64,000 nucleotides of DNA from Candidatus Aegiribacteria sp. (GCA_030600545.1 JAUVLV010000001.1:17268-81267); one strand, 5' to 3'. Positions 27,609 to 36,482 are shown, counted from the first letter of the stretch. Notes: generated by a model not told the origin, from the sequence alone. Program-made: numbers and translations.

Positions 27609-28643
27609 ATGGATCTACTCAGGAAACTCTGCGAAGCTGACGGTATCTCCGGTCATGAGGATCATATTGTAACGATATTCAGGGATGCACTTGAGGGTCA
27701 CGTTGACAGCTTCACCACCGATGCGATGAAGAATATTATTGCCTTCAAGTCCGGGACTCAGGGGGATTCAAGGCTCAGAGTCATGCTGGCCGGGCATATC
27801 GATGAGATTGGTTTTCTGGTCCATAACATCGATGATCAGGGATTCGCTTCAGTGATTCCGGTTGGCGGATGGGATCCCGCCAATATTCTCGGACATACGG
27901 TCAGAGTGCATACCAGGAACAGCGGAATAATACCCGCCGTAATGCACAGAAGGTGGGAATCAACGCAGAAATTGCGTGAAACATCTCCCAAATACGACAA
28001 ACTCTATCTTGATTTCGGGCTTTCCTGCGATGACGTTAAGGAGATGGTCAGCTGCGGCGACTGGGTTTCAATGGATACTGATTTTCACGAGCTGGGTGAA
28101 TGTTTCGTTGCGAAGGCGTTCGATGACAGAGTTGGAGCGTTCATTATCATCGAAGCTGTAAAGAGATACGATAATCCCTCAATCGATGTTTACGCCGTAG
28201 GCACAGCGCAGGAAGAGGTGGGGCTCCGTGGTTCCACCGTTGCCGCCCAGACAATCAATCCTGACATAGGTATTGCTGTGGACATTACCGGCTCGGGAGA
28301 TACACCGGAATTTCCCGCCAGAATGAAGATCGCGGAGCTTGGAAAAGGTGTAACAATCAAGCAGATGGATTCCAGTGTAATTTGTTCAACATCACTTGTG
28401 GAGTATATGAGGAAGCTGGCTGAGGATAACGGGATAGACTATCAGATGGAGATCCTTGCCCGTGGAGGCACCGATACGTCCAGTATGCAGAAATTCAGCC
28501 CGGGCGCTCATTCCACATGTCTTTCAATTCCTACAAGGTACGGTCATAGCCCGGTAGCGGTCATTAATAGACATGATGTTGAATGCGCAATTGATCTTCT
28601 CGTGGCATTCCTTAACGATGTTGGTCCGAATATCAACCTTTAA
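27609..28643 (+). CDS. M42 family metallo-aminopeptidase (FrvX/CelM-like)
   Basis: GISGHED, AGHIDEIGF, AFDDRVG, QEEVGLRG and HSP motifs. Confidence 0.85.
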   Translation: MDLLRKLCEADGISGHEDHIVTIFRDALEGHVDSFTTDAMKNIIAFKSGTQGDSRLRVMLAGHIDEIGFLVHNIDDQGFASVIPVGGWDPANILGHTVRVHTRNSGIIPAVMHRRWESTQKLRETSPKYDKLYLDFGLSCDDVKEMVSCGDWVSMDTDFHELGECFVAKAFDDRVGAFIIIEAVKRYDNPSIDVYAVGTAQEEVGLRGSTVAAQTINPDIGIAVDITGSGDTPEFPARMKIAELGKGVTIKQMDSSVICSTSLVEYMRKLAEDNGIDYQMEILARGGTDTSSMQKFSPGAHSTCLSIPTRYGHSPVAVINRHDVECAIDLLVAFLNDVGPNINL

Positions 28644-28646
28644 TTA

Positions 28647-28755
28647 AATAGGGACGGAGGGTATTTTATCCGATAAACGCAAATAATTGGTACATCATTA
28701 TCATCATAATGTAATATTATTTGCGGGACCTGAATAAAAAGCCTCCGTCCCTATT
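28647..28755. other. nested inverted-repeat element filling a convergent intergenic gap (complex bidirectional terminator or structured RNA)
   Basis: Perfect 14-bp outer stem AATAGGGACGGAGG (28647-28660) / CCTCCGTCCCTATT (28742-28755). Perfect 10-bp inner stem CGCAAATAAT (28678-28687) / ATTATTTGCG (28716-28725). Confidence 0.6.
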
Positions 28756-28757
28756 AT

Positions 28758-29096
28758 TCAGTCTCCTGATATTATTCCGATTAGTATAAATACGGTCATT
28801 ACAGCTGCGATTATCATTGCGGTTCTTGCTTTGCGCGGTGAAGAATCCTTATACATAAAATATATTATCCAGCCCAGAGGAAAGAAGAAGAAGCAGAGGC
28901 ACCCCAAACCTGCAGACAGTTTATCAGGGGCTTCCTGATGATGGTAGTGATGAATCTCCTTGACATTGGAAGTATCATGGTCTTTATCCCAGTTCGGGTC
29001 GAATTCTCTGGCATGATAAGTTGATCTGCAGTATTCGCATGTATAGATCTCGTCCTCGATTTTTCCAATCTGGGCTCCGCAGTTGGGGCACTTCAC
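28758..29096 (-). CDS. zinc-ribbon membrane protein
   Basis: N-terminal CPNCG...CEYC ribbon, His-rich linker (HHYHHQ), two C-terminal TM helices. Confidence 0.65.
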   Translation of the reverse strand: MKCPNCGAQIGKIEDEIYTCEYCRSTYHAREFDPNWDKDHDTSNVKEIHHYHHQEAPDKLSAGLGCLCFFFFPLGWIIYFMYKDSSPRKARTAMIIAAVMTVFILIGIISGD

Positions 29097-29137
29097 ATCA
29101 GGCTCCTTCCGAATTACCGTAATCTATTCCAGCGAGG

Positions 29138-30874
29138 ATGAAGTGTCCATCCGATCAAACAGGGACTATGAAATACAGATTTCAGCCGGTATCTTTATAT
29201 ATGTATTCAAAAATCGGCCTTCTCTTTCGTATAAAGACCGCCAGCCTTAAAGGTGCAGCGGTTTCCGAGTGGCGGAACAATAAGCTGAAGCTCATTGCGG
29301 GTGGAATAACACTTGTTGTTCTTGTGAGTGGTATTTTCCTGCTTTTCCGCTTCCTATTCACATACATATACAACCTCGAGGAAATGTTCGTCGGTTTCGG
29401 GATGGCCCTCGCCAGGAGACTTATGGCAATGACCTTCATGTCCCTGGGGGTTTTCATAGGGATATCGTCTTTCATCAGCGGAGTTTCCGTTGTCTACAGA
29501 TCGTGGGAAACTTCATTTCTGCTCACAATGCCGATGAAGGACAGGCTGACAGCTTATATTCGCATATTGGAAAGCTGGTTCAATGCGGGCTGGGCGACTA
29601 TCCTGCTGGGAATTCCCATATTGACCGCTTTTTGCATTTCTCTCAAGATCAATACATCCGCGACCATTATTTCGATTCTGCTGTTTCCTTTTCTCATGAT
29701 CATATGGCTGTCATTCGGATCGATTCTTCTTGGCGCCGCCATCAGATTAAGCCGTCGAAGCGGACATGTATGGAGAACGGCTTCTGTTCTCGGGTTGCTG
29801 GTGGCCGCCGGGATATTCGCGATATTGAAAAATTCCGGTCCTGAAAGCATGATCGCCGAAGAGAATTCCGCTCTGGATGCCTTAAGCAGTTTCGTGTCGG
29901 AACTGCCTGTTGCCGGCGGAGAATTCTGGCCCCACACCGTTTTCGGAAATATTATCTCCTTAATTGACAGACAGGCATGGTCTGAAGCGCTGGAGAATAT
30001 TGGAATTCTTCTTCTAGAAACAGCGCTGGCCTGTGCTTTTACCTGGATCATGATATGCCCGGGATTCAGAAAAAGATATTCAGCAATTTCATCCTCATCA
30101 GGCCGAAGAAGGAGCAGCAGGCTTCTTCTCCGATCTGGCGGACGTTTCAAAACCATGCTGCACAAGGATATTCTCCTTTTTTTGAGAGATCCGGTGCAGT
30201 GGAGCCAGCTGCTCCTCCTTACCGGCCTGTTTCTGGTTTATGCCCTTAATATAGATCGATTCCCAACGGACATCGGCAATACATTCTGGCGCTCGATAGT
30301 TGTATACCTGAACTTTTCCTTTTCATGCTTTGTTACAGCCACACTTCTTGTCAGATTTACATTCCCGTCCATAAGCCTTGAGGGCCCGGGCCTGAGTTAT
30401 ATACTGCAGCTGCCGCGCGGTAGAAGATTGCTACTAGGTGCCAAATGGGTTGAATCCTTCATATTCATAATGCCGTTCATAGTGGGCGTGGGTATCTGGT
30501 CTACACTGCGGATTGGCTCAGGATGGATACTCGTCTTCATGTCCACTGTATCACTCACGCTAATGTGTATTGCTCTTGTAAGCATCAATGTAGGATTGGG
30601 TGCGGTTTTCCCGAGATTTGAAAAGGGAAGTGCGGCAAGCATTGCCAGCGGCCAGGGTGGAATAATAGCAGCCTTCGTTTCAATGGGGTATGTTCTCACA
30701 TTCATAATGGTACTGGGATTTACATTGCGGAGATCATTCACCACTGCTGCATCTCTGCAGGGTCTTGTAAGGCCACTCAATGAAGCCCTTATATTTCTTA
30801 CCGGGCTGACTGTCATTGTTGCTTACATATTTATTAAAATGGGATATCGAAGTCTTGTGAAGAGGAATTTCTAG
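29138..30874 (+). CDS. polytopic membrane protein, internally duplicated ABC-2/putative-ABC-exporter-like permease
   Basis: About 12 predicted TM helices in two halves. The second half opens with KDILLFLRDPVQWSQLL (ABC-2 permease-like). No ATPase gene is adjacent. Confidence 0.5.
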   Translation: MKCPSDQTGTMKYRFQPVSLYMYSKIGLLFRIKTASLKGAAVSEWRNNKLKLIAGGITLVVLVSGIFLLFRFLFTYIYNLEEMFVGFGMALARRLMAMTFMSLGVFIGISSFISGVSVVYRSWETSFLLTMPMKDRLTAYIRILESWFNAGWATILLGIPILTAFCISLKINTSATIISILLFPFLMIIWLSFGSILLGAAIRLSRRSGHVWRTASVLGLLVAAGIFAILKNSGPESMIAEENSALDALSSFVSELPVAGGEFWPHTVFGNIISLIDRQAWSEALENIGILLLETALACAFTWIMICPGFRKRYSAISSSSGRRRSSRLLLRSGGRFKTMLHKDILLFLRDPVQWSQLLLLTGLFLVYALNIDRFPTDIGNTFWRSIVVYLNFSFSCFVTATLLVRFTFPSISLEGPGLSYILQLPRGRRLLLGAKWVESFIFIMPFIVGVGIWSTLRIGSGWILVFMSTVSLTLMCIALVSINVGLGAVFPRFEKGSAASIASGQGGIIAAFVSMGYVLTFIMVLGFTLRRSFTTAASLQGLVRPLNEALIFLTGLTVIVAYIFIKMGYRSLVKRNF

Positions 30875-30876
30875 AA

Positions 30877-31263
30877 TTGAATGAAATAGCTGTTGATTAC
30901 GGCAGGAAGAGAACCGGGTTCGCCATCTGCCTGTCCGGTGTTGTAATGCCTCTTGATCCGCTGTCCGAAACCACATGGAATGGTATTTCGTCGAGATTGA
31001 AGCATATTCAGCATGAAAATGCAGTCAGCACAGTGGTTCTGGGACTTCCACTGACGGCCGGGGGGAAACATACGGAACTTTGCCGCGAAGTCGAGAAGCT
31101 GGCTGAATACCTTGAGACCAGTGGATTCATCGTGGAACTTGTCAGAGAAACCGGTTCAACCGCTGAAACAGAGGGAAAAACCGGGATGAATCATCGACGG
31201 GACGGCAGAAGGGACTCTATTGCCGCAATGATTATTCTTAAACGTTACCTGGGAATGCCATGA
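30877..31263 (+). CDS. ruvX: Holliday junction resolvase-like RNase H-fold protein RuvX/YqgF
   Basis: IAVDYGRKRTGFAI and VVLGLPL motifs. TTG start. Confidence 0.8.
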   Translation: MNEIAVDYGRKRTGFAICLSGVVMPLDPLSETTWNGISSRLKHIQHENAVSTVVLGLPLTAGGKHTELCREVEKLAEYLETSGFIVELVRETGSTAETEGKTGMNHRRDGRRDSIAAMIILKRYLGMP

Positions 31264-32258
31264 AGCGCAAAGTACTGATAATAGCAGTTTCGATTCTGAT
31301 TCCTGTGATTTCAGGGATTATCGTTCTCAGATGGAGCAGTCAGCCTCCATGCACGGGGAGGGAGTGCGTATTCACCGTAGAGAAGGGCTGGGGAGCGAGA
31401 AGAATCTCACAGGTTCTTTCCGATTCCGGGCTGGTTCGGTGCAGTTACTATATGCTATGGCGATATTCCCGGATGGATGGTTCACCATCACTTCAGGCAG
31501 GTATTTACAGGCTTGATGATTCAATGTCCCCCGATTCCATACTGGGGATATTCGCCCGTGGAGAAGTTATACCTGTCAAGACCAGCTGGATAACGCTTGC
31601 GCCCGGTCTGACCCTTGAACAGTCCCTTGATCTTATTTCGGAGGGCACGGGGAAAGCAAGAATTGTACTCGACAGCTTGTCGGTGGATTCATCCTTCCTG
31701 GCATTCAACAACGTACCTTCCCTTGAAGGTTTTCTTTTTCCCGAAACCTACGAATTCGCTGATACACTTGAAGCCGGGGAGATACTCCACAGAATAGTAA
31801 ACACCGGGAGGGAAAGGTGGCCTGAAAATTATGATGAACTTCTGGAAGTTACAGGCCTTACGCTGCATGAAACCATGATACTTGCTTCCATTGTTGAGCG
31901 GGAAGCCAGGGTGGATTCTGAGAGGGTTCTCATAGCAGGCGTGTTTCTTTCAAGAATCAGGTGCGGAATGAAGCTGGAAAGCTGTGCTACAGTGCAGTAT
32001 GCTCTTGGCAAGGTGAAGGAAACCCTTCTTTACAGCGATCTTGAGATAGATGATCCCTACAATACATACATTCATGAGGGGCTGCCTCCAGGTCCCATCT
32101 GCTCACCCGGACTTTCTTCGATAAACGTTTCATTTCAACCGGATACGACTGAGAGATATCTATTTTTCGTAAGCAGGGACGATGAAACAGGAAAGCACCT
32201 CTTCGCCAGAACACATGCCGGACATCTGTCCAATATACGATCGATAAATGGCAGGTGA
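31260..32258 (+). CDS. mltG: endolytic murein transglycosylase MltG (YceG-like)
   Basis: N-terminal TM helix, LEGFLFPETYEF, ASIVEREA and YNTYIHEGLPPGPICSPG motifs. Confidence 0.9.
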   Translation: MKRKVLIIAVSILIPVISGIIVLRWSSQPPCTGRECVFTVEKGWGARRISQVLSDSGLVRCSYYMLWRYSRMDGSPSLQAGIYRLDDSMSPDSILGIFARGEVIPVKTSWITLAPGLTLEQSLDLISEGTGKARIVLDSLSVDSSFLAFNNVPSLEGFLFPETYEFADTLEAGEILHRIVNTGRERWPENYDELLEVTGLTLHETMILASIVEREARVDSERVLIAGVFLSRIRCGMKLESCATVQYALGKVKETLLYSDLEIDDPYNTYIHEGLPPGPICSPGLSSINVSFQPDTTERYLFFVSRDDETGKHLFARTHAGHLSNIRSINGR

Positions 32259-32338
32259 CCTGATTGACATGATCGATTAGTTTTATGGTTATAATGGAGT
32301 TTTGTATGAAGAGATAATTTCAGAGAAAGGACAGAAGT

Positions 32339-32863
32339 ATGGGTGAAGAAAGAAATCTGGGTTTTCTGGAGAAGGCTATACGCCTTATTCCGGGTTACAA
32401 AGGTTACAAGAGTAAAGAAGAGCGGAGAGATAACGATCAGCTTTTCAGAACAGGTCTCGTAAGCAGGCTCGGAAAGCTTAGAACCGAGATCAACGAGATT
32501 CCTGCGAGTCTCAGGGGGCCTTCGGCACTTAAATCGGTTACCGATTTTGACAGAATCTCTAAGAAATTGGAAAAGGTAACTGACGAAATTCGTTTTGCTT
32601 CGAGGGGTTACAGGGGACTGTTCGATATGCACAAGGTTCGTGAGGATGAATTGGACAAGCTCTACGCGTTTGATGTAGGACTTATGGAGAACATTGAAGA
32701 GCTTGAAGAAGCGTTCAAAGTTCTGCAGGCAGCTGCCGCGGCCGGTTCTGATATGAAGGAACCTATTGATAGAATGGTTACTATACTCGTCGAATTCAGC
32801 AGCAAAATGTCAGGGCGCAGCGAACTTATGATTGATCTCGACAAAAATAAACCGATAGACTAG
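32339..32863 (+). CDS. hypothetical all-helical protein (174 aa, no TM, no Cys)
   Basis: Charged heptad-like sequence (IPGYKGYKSKEERRDNDQLFR...). AAAGGA RBS-like element upstream. It lies 22 nt upstream of the SPFH gene. Confidence 0.6.
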   Translation: MGEERNLGFLEKAIRLIPGYKGYKSKEERRDNDQLFRTGLVSRLGKLRTEINEIPASLRGPSALKSVTDFDRISKKLEKVTDEIRFASRGYRGLFDMHKVREDELDKLYAFDVGLMENIEELEEAFKVLQAAAAAGSDMKEPIDRMVTILVEFSSKMSGRSELMIDLDKNKPID

Positions 32864-32885
32864 ATCGAAGGAAGGTTAGCGGACC

Positions 32886-34022
32886 ATGTTCAAGAAACTT
32901 GAGATTGTAGAGTGGATGGATGAGAGTGGAAACGAAATGGTCCACAGGATTCCACAGAGTGGTTCAGGCGAATTCCGCATTGGAACCCAGGTTGTAGTCA
33001 GAGAAAGCCAGGACGTGGTATTCTTCCGGGATGGGAAAGCGATGGACATCTTCGGCCCCGGAAGGCATACGATAACAACCGAGAATATTCCCCTGCTTAC
33101 AGGTCTTGTAAGTACTCTCTTTGAGGGTAAGGATTCCCCGTTCAGGGCAACGGTTTTCTACGTTAACAAGAAGACCTTCACCAATATGAAGTGGGGCACC
33201 AAGGAACCGATAATATTCAGGGACAAGGAACTCTCGATTGTGCGATTGAGGGCTTTCGGAAGTTTTTCCTTGAAGGTTGACCAGAGTCAGCTCTTTATTA
33301 ACAAGATAGTCGGAACAGAAGGGAAATTCTCAACCGATGAGATCGAGGGTTTTCTGAAGGGCATGATAATATCAAGACTTGCTGACCTTCTTGGTGAAAC
33401 CATTGAAAGCATATTCGATCTTGCGCAATACTACGATGAAATAGGTACTCTGGCTAAGTCCAGGCTTGGCGATGATTTCGGCAAATACGGACTACAGCTG
33501 GTTGATTTTTACGTTCAGGCTATCACGCCTCCAGAGGAAGTTCAGGAAAGAATAGATGAACGCAGCGCAATGGCAGCGCTCGGCGATATGAATCAGTACA
33601 TGCGTTTCAAGACTGCCACCGCCATGGGCGATGCAGCAAAGAACGAAAGCGGAGGAGGAGCCGCCGGTGCAGGAGTCGGCATGGGCGCCGGACTTGGAAT
33701 GGGAATGACAATGGCCAATATGATGGGCCAGACCATGTCTGGAGGCGGCCAGAGTTCAAACGGCTCTGGCAGTTCCGGTGCTGCTGCTCTGGTTACATGT
33801 CCTTCGTGCGGCAAAAATGTTGTCCCCGGCAAATTCTGTCCCGAGTGCGGTAAACCCCTTAGCGTGACATGTCCCGAATGCGGTGGTGTTGTCCCTCCGG
33901 GAACGAAATTCTGTCCCGAGTGTGGCGCGAAGATCGGCGGCGGGAAGGTATGTTCCAAATGCGGCGCAGATGTCCCGGCAGGGTCCAAATTCTGCCCGGA
34001 ATGCGGAGAGAAACAGGAATAA
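32886..34022 (+). CDS. SPFH/Band-7 family protein with three C-terminal double zinc ribbons (COG4260 / YdjI-like)
   Basis: N-terminus MFKKLEIVEWMD...VHRIP...FRIGTQVVVRESQ matches the YdjI-type SPFH pattern. Gly/Met-rich linker, then 3x CPxCG-x7-9-FCPECG. Confidence 0.8.
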   Translation: MFKKLEIVEWMDESGNEMVHRIPQSGSGEFRIGTQVVVRESQDVVFFRDGKAMDIFGPGRHTITTENIPLLTGLVSTLFEGKDSPFRATVFYVNKKTFTNMKWGTKEPIIFRDKELSIVRLRAFGSFSLKVDQSQLFINKIVGTEGKFSTDEIEGFLKGMIISRLADLLGETIESIFDLAQYYDEIGTLAKSRLGDDFGKYGLQLVDFYVQAITPPEEVQERIDERSAMAALGDMNQYMRFKTATAMGDAAKNESGGGAAGAGVGMGAGLGMGMTMANMMGQTMSGGGQSSNGSGSSGAAALVTCPSCGKNVVPGKFCPECGKPLSVTCPECGGVVPPGTKFCPECGAKIGGGKVCSKCGADVPAGSKFCPECGEKQE

Positions 34023-35687
34023 ATGCCGGGGACGGTTCACGAACTGCTTGAGAAACGAGCAGTAGACACACCTGGCAGAATCGCTCTTGTAGACGACCGG
34101 CGGGAACTGAGTTTTGCTGACTGGTGGCGGGTATCCTGTCATATAGCGTCTCTCCTGCAGAAAGCAGGAGTACAACGGAGTTTCGTTGTGGGAGTTGTAT
34201 CCGACAGTTCTTCTTTTCTCCCATGTACCTTCATTGCGATTTCCATGCTTGGAGCGAAGTTCGTTTCAATGAATCCGGATTGGCCGGCGCAGGAAAGGAT
34301 GCGGGTTTTCGGCAGGTGGTCTGACCGTATGGTTCTGACTGCGGACAATATTGAATACTGTTCCCAGCCTGATGAGATAACCCTTTCACTTGACGATGAT
34401 ATCTATCAGGGCACCGGAATGCCTGTTGAAGTTCCCTTTCTGAAGGGTGACGAGGAGTTTTATCTTAACGTTACGTCGGCATCCACAGGGCAGGCAAAGA
34501 TAGCGCCTACGACTCATGATCAGCTCCTGGCGAACACAGGAGGTGTTTCCGCAACCATGGGTTTGACCGGTGATGACGTGCATCTGTCCATCTTCGGAGT
34601 TTTTGGTCATCCACACGAGCTCTTTATGCGGGGATTGTATCTGGGAGGAAGGACGGTTCTAACAGAGCACAGGTATCCCAGAGATCTGCTTCATCTGATT
34701 TCAGAAACGGGTGTTACTGCTATCATGGCTCTACCTACGCAACTCAACAGCCTGTCGCATATGTGGAGCAGAATTGATATTGATCTTTCATCCGTGAGAA
34801 TCTCAGAAGCCGGAGGCATGTTCGTATCGGAAGAATTTGCGGCGAATTATACTGATAGAACCGGTGTAGAACTTGTACCTGTATGGGGAAGCACTGAAAC
34901 CGCCGGAGTAGGTCTTGTCGGGAAAAGCGGTATACAGGGATTTACGTCAGTCGTAGAGGGTTACGAGGTAGAACTGCGTGATCTGTCTGGCGGCAGGATG
35001 GATGAAGACGGTAATGGTGAACTGTGGATTTCAGGTTCTGGAGTTGTCAACAGGTATCTTGGGGACAGGCCGCAGACGGAAGAAGCCTTCCTTGATGGCT
35101 GGTATCGAACCGGGGATATGTTCAGATCAGAGAATGAAAAACTGATTTTTCTTGGGCGCCGGGGAGGGCTGATAAAAGCAGCTGGCCTGAAGGTTTATCC
35201 CCTTGAACTCGAATTGGCTATTCTGAAGCATCCTTCAATAGTTGACGCTTGTGTGGTAGGTAGAGATCATCCAACAAGAGGCGAGATGCCATCCGCCTAT
35301 ATTGTAGCCAGGCCCGGAACGGAGCTTACAGTTGCCTGGATGAGAGCATTTCTCAGGCAGTACCTCGATGAGTACAAGATTCCCAGGCTTATTAATTTCG
35401 TTCACGGGTTACCCAGAACCGCCAACGGTAAAATCGACAGAAAGGCTGTGGGAACCAGAGAAATCATTCCAGATTTCCGGGGTGAGCTTCTTCGTTCAGA
35501 TGTGGAGCTGGTAAGGCTTATAAATCAGAGGGCGGAACTCATGAACGAAATCGGAGGAGGTTTCGATCCGACATGGGTTGATGACCAGGTGGATAACGCC
35601 ATGGGGCATAATGCCGGTCCCATATCGGACAGTTCAATCAGAGATATTGTGAGATTCATTATCAGCGAACTGGGGAAGAGGCAGTAA
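34023..35687 (+). CDS. acyl/aryl-AMP ligase (ANL superfamily) fused to a C-terminal AroQ chorismate-mutase-like domain
   Basis: ANL motifs TSASTGQAK, WGSTE, YRTGD, GRRGGLIKAAG and NGKIDRKA. The last ~85 aa (LLRSDVELVRLINQRAELMNEIGGGFDP...AGPISDSSIRDIVRFIISE) resemble the B. subtilis AroA(Q) N-terminal CM domain. Confidence 0.75.
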   Translation: MPGTVHELLEKRAVDTPGRIALVDDRRELSFADWWRVSCHIASLLQKAGVQRSFVVGVVSDSSSFLPCTFIAISMLGAKFVSMNPDWPAQERMRVFGRWSDRMVLTADNIEYCSQPDEITLSLDDDIYQGTGMPVEVPFLKGDEEFYLNVTSASTGQAKIAPTTHDQLLANTGGVSATMGLTGDDVHLSIFGVFGHPHELFMRGLYLGGRTVLTEHRYPRDLLHLISETGVTAIMALPTQLNSLSHMWSRIDIDLSSVRISEAGGMFVSEEFAANYTDRTGVELVPVWGSTETAGVGLVGKSGIQGFTSVVEGYEVELRDLSGGRMDEDGNGELWISGSGVVNRYLGDRPQTEEAFLDGWYRTGDMFRSENEKLIFLGRRGGLIKAAGLKVYPLELELAILKHPSIVDACVVGRDHPTRGEMPSAYIVARPGTELTVAWMRAFLRQYLDEYKIPRLINFVHGLPRTANGKIDRKAVGTREIIPDFRGELLRSDVELVRLINQRAELMNEIGGGFDPTWVDDQVDNAMGHNAGPISDSSIRDIVRFIISELGKRQ

Positions 35688-36451
35688 TGGACATACGATC
35701 CGTAGAAGTAGGCAATGTCCATATAGGCGGGAAAACCCCAATTCTCATCGCTGGTCCGTGTTCAGTGGAAAATATCGAAATGCTCAGGGAAATCACAGCA
35801 GCTGCGGTAGAAGCGGGTGTTTCCATATTGAGAGGCGGTTCATTCAAACCCAGAACATCTCCCTACTCCTTTCAGGGTCTGGGTGTTGAAGGATTCAAGA
35901 TTCTTTCTCTGGTGAGCCGGGAATTCAACATTCCGGTGGTTAGTGAAGTCCTGGCAGTTGATCAGATAGAATCTGCTGTGAAGTACATCGATATGATCCA
36001 GGTTGGAGCAAGGAACATGCACAATTTTCCACTGCTCTCCGCTCTTGGCAGAACGGAAAAACCCATCCTCCTGAAAAGGGGATTCATGGCCACGATTGAG
36101 GAGTGGCTTATGGCGGCGGAGTATATCGTAAAGGAAGGTAATGACAGAGTGGTCCTGTGCGAAAGGGGAATAAGGACCTTTGAACCCTGGACAAGGAATA
36201 CACTCGATATTTCGGCTGTTCCACTTGCAAGAATGCTCGGCGGATACCCGGTTATTGTAGATCCGTGCCATGCTTCTGGAAGAAGGGATCTTCTTGAACC
36301 GCTATCCCTGGCAGGATTAGCAGCAGGAGCAGACGGCATTATGCTGGAGGTTCATCCTGATCCGGACAAGGCACTCTCCGACGGTGGGCAGTCACTTTCG
36401 ATTCCTGAATTGATAGAACTCGCCGGGAAACTGCTCGAAAAAAATAGCTGA
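35687..36451 (+). CDS. aroF: 3-deoxy-7-phosphoheptulonate (DAHP) synthase, type I-beta core only
   Basis: ILIAGPCSVEN, LRGGSFKPRTSPYSFQGLG, QVGARNM, LCERGIRTFE, VDPCHASG and EVHPDPDKALSDG motifs. TAATG junction with the upstream ORF. Confidence 0.9.
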   Translation: MDIRSVEVGNVHIGGKTPILIAGPCSVENIEMLREITAAAVEAGVSILRGGSFKPRTSPYSFQGLGVEGFKILSLVSREFNIPVVSEVLAVDQIESAVKYIDMIQVGARNMHNFPLLSALGRTEKPILLKRGFMATIEEWLMAAEYIVKEGNDRVVLCERGIRTFEPWTRNTLDISAVPLARMLGGYPVIVDPCHASGRRDLLEPLSLAGLAAGADGIMLEVHPDPDKALSDGGQSLSIPELIELAGKLLEKNS

Positions 36452-36482
36452 GGATTCTCCGAAAGAGAGAAAAGGAGTTAAC

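Noticed and set aside
32264-32295. TTGACA and TATAAT hexamers upstream of the helical-protein gene.
   Set aside because: The spacer is 20 nt, outside the functional 16-18 nt range. At best this is a weak or coincidental promoter, so it is not listed as a feature.
33593-34224. Cluster of antisense and alternate-frame ORFs over the zinc-ribbon region and the SPFH/ligase junction.
   Set aside because: They are by-products of GC-rich Gly/Cys/Pro codon repeats. The sense frame encodes clean CPxCG ribbons.
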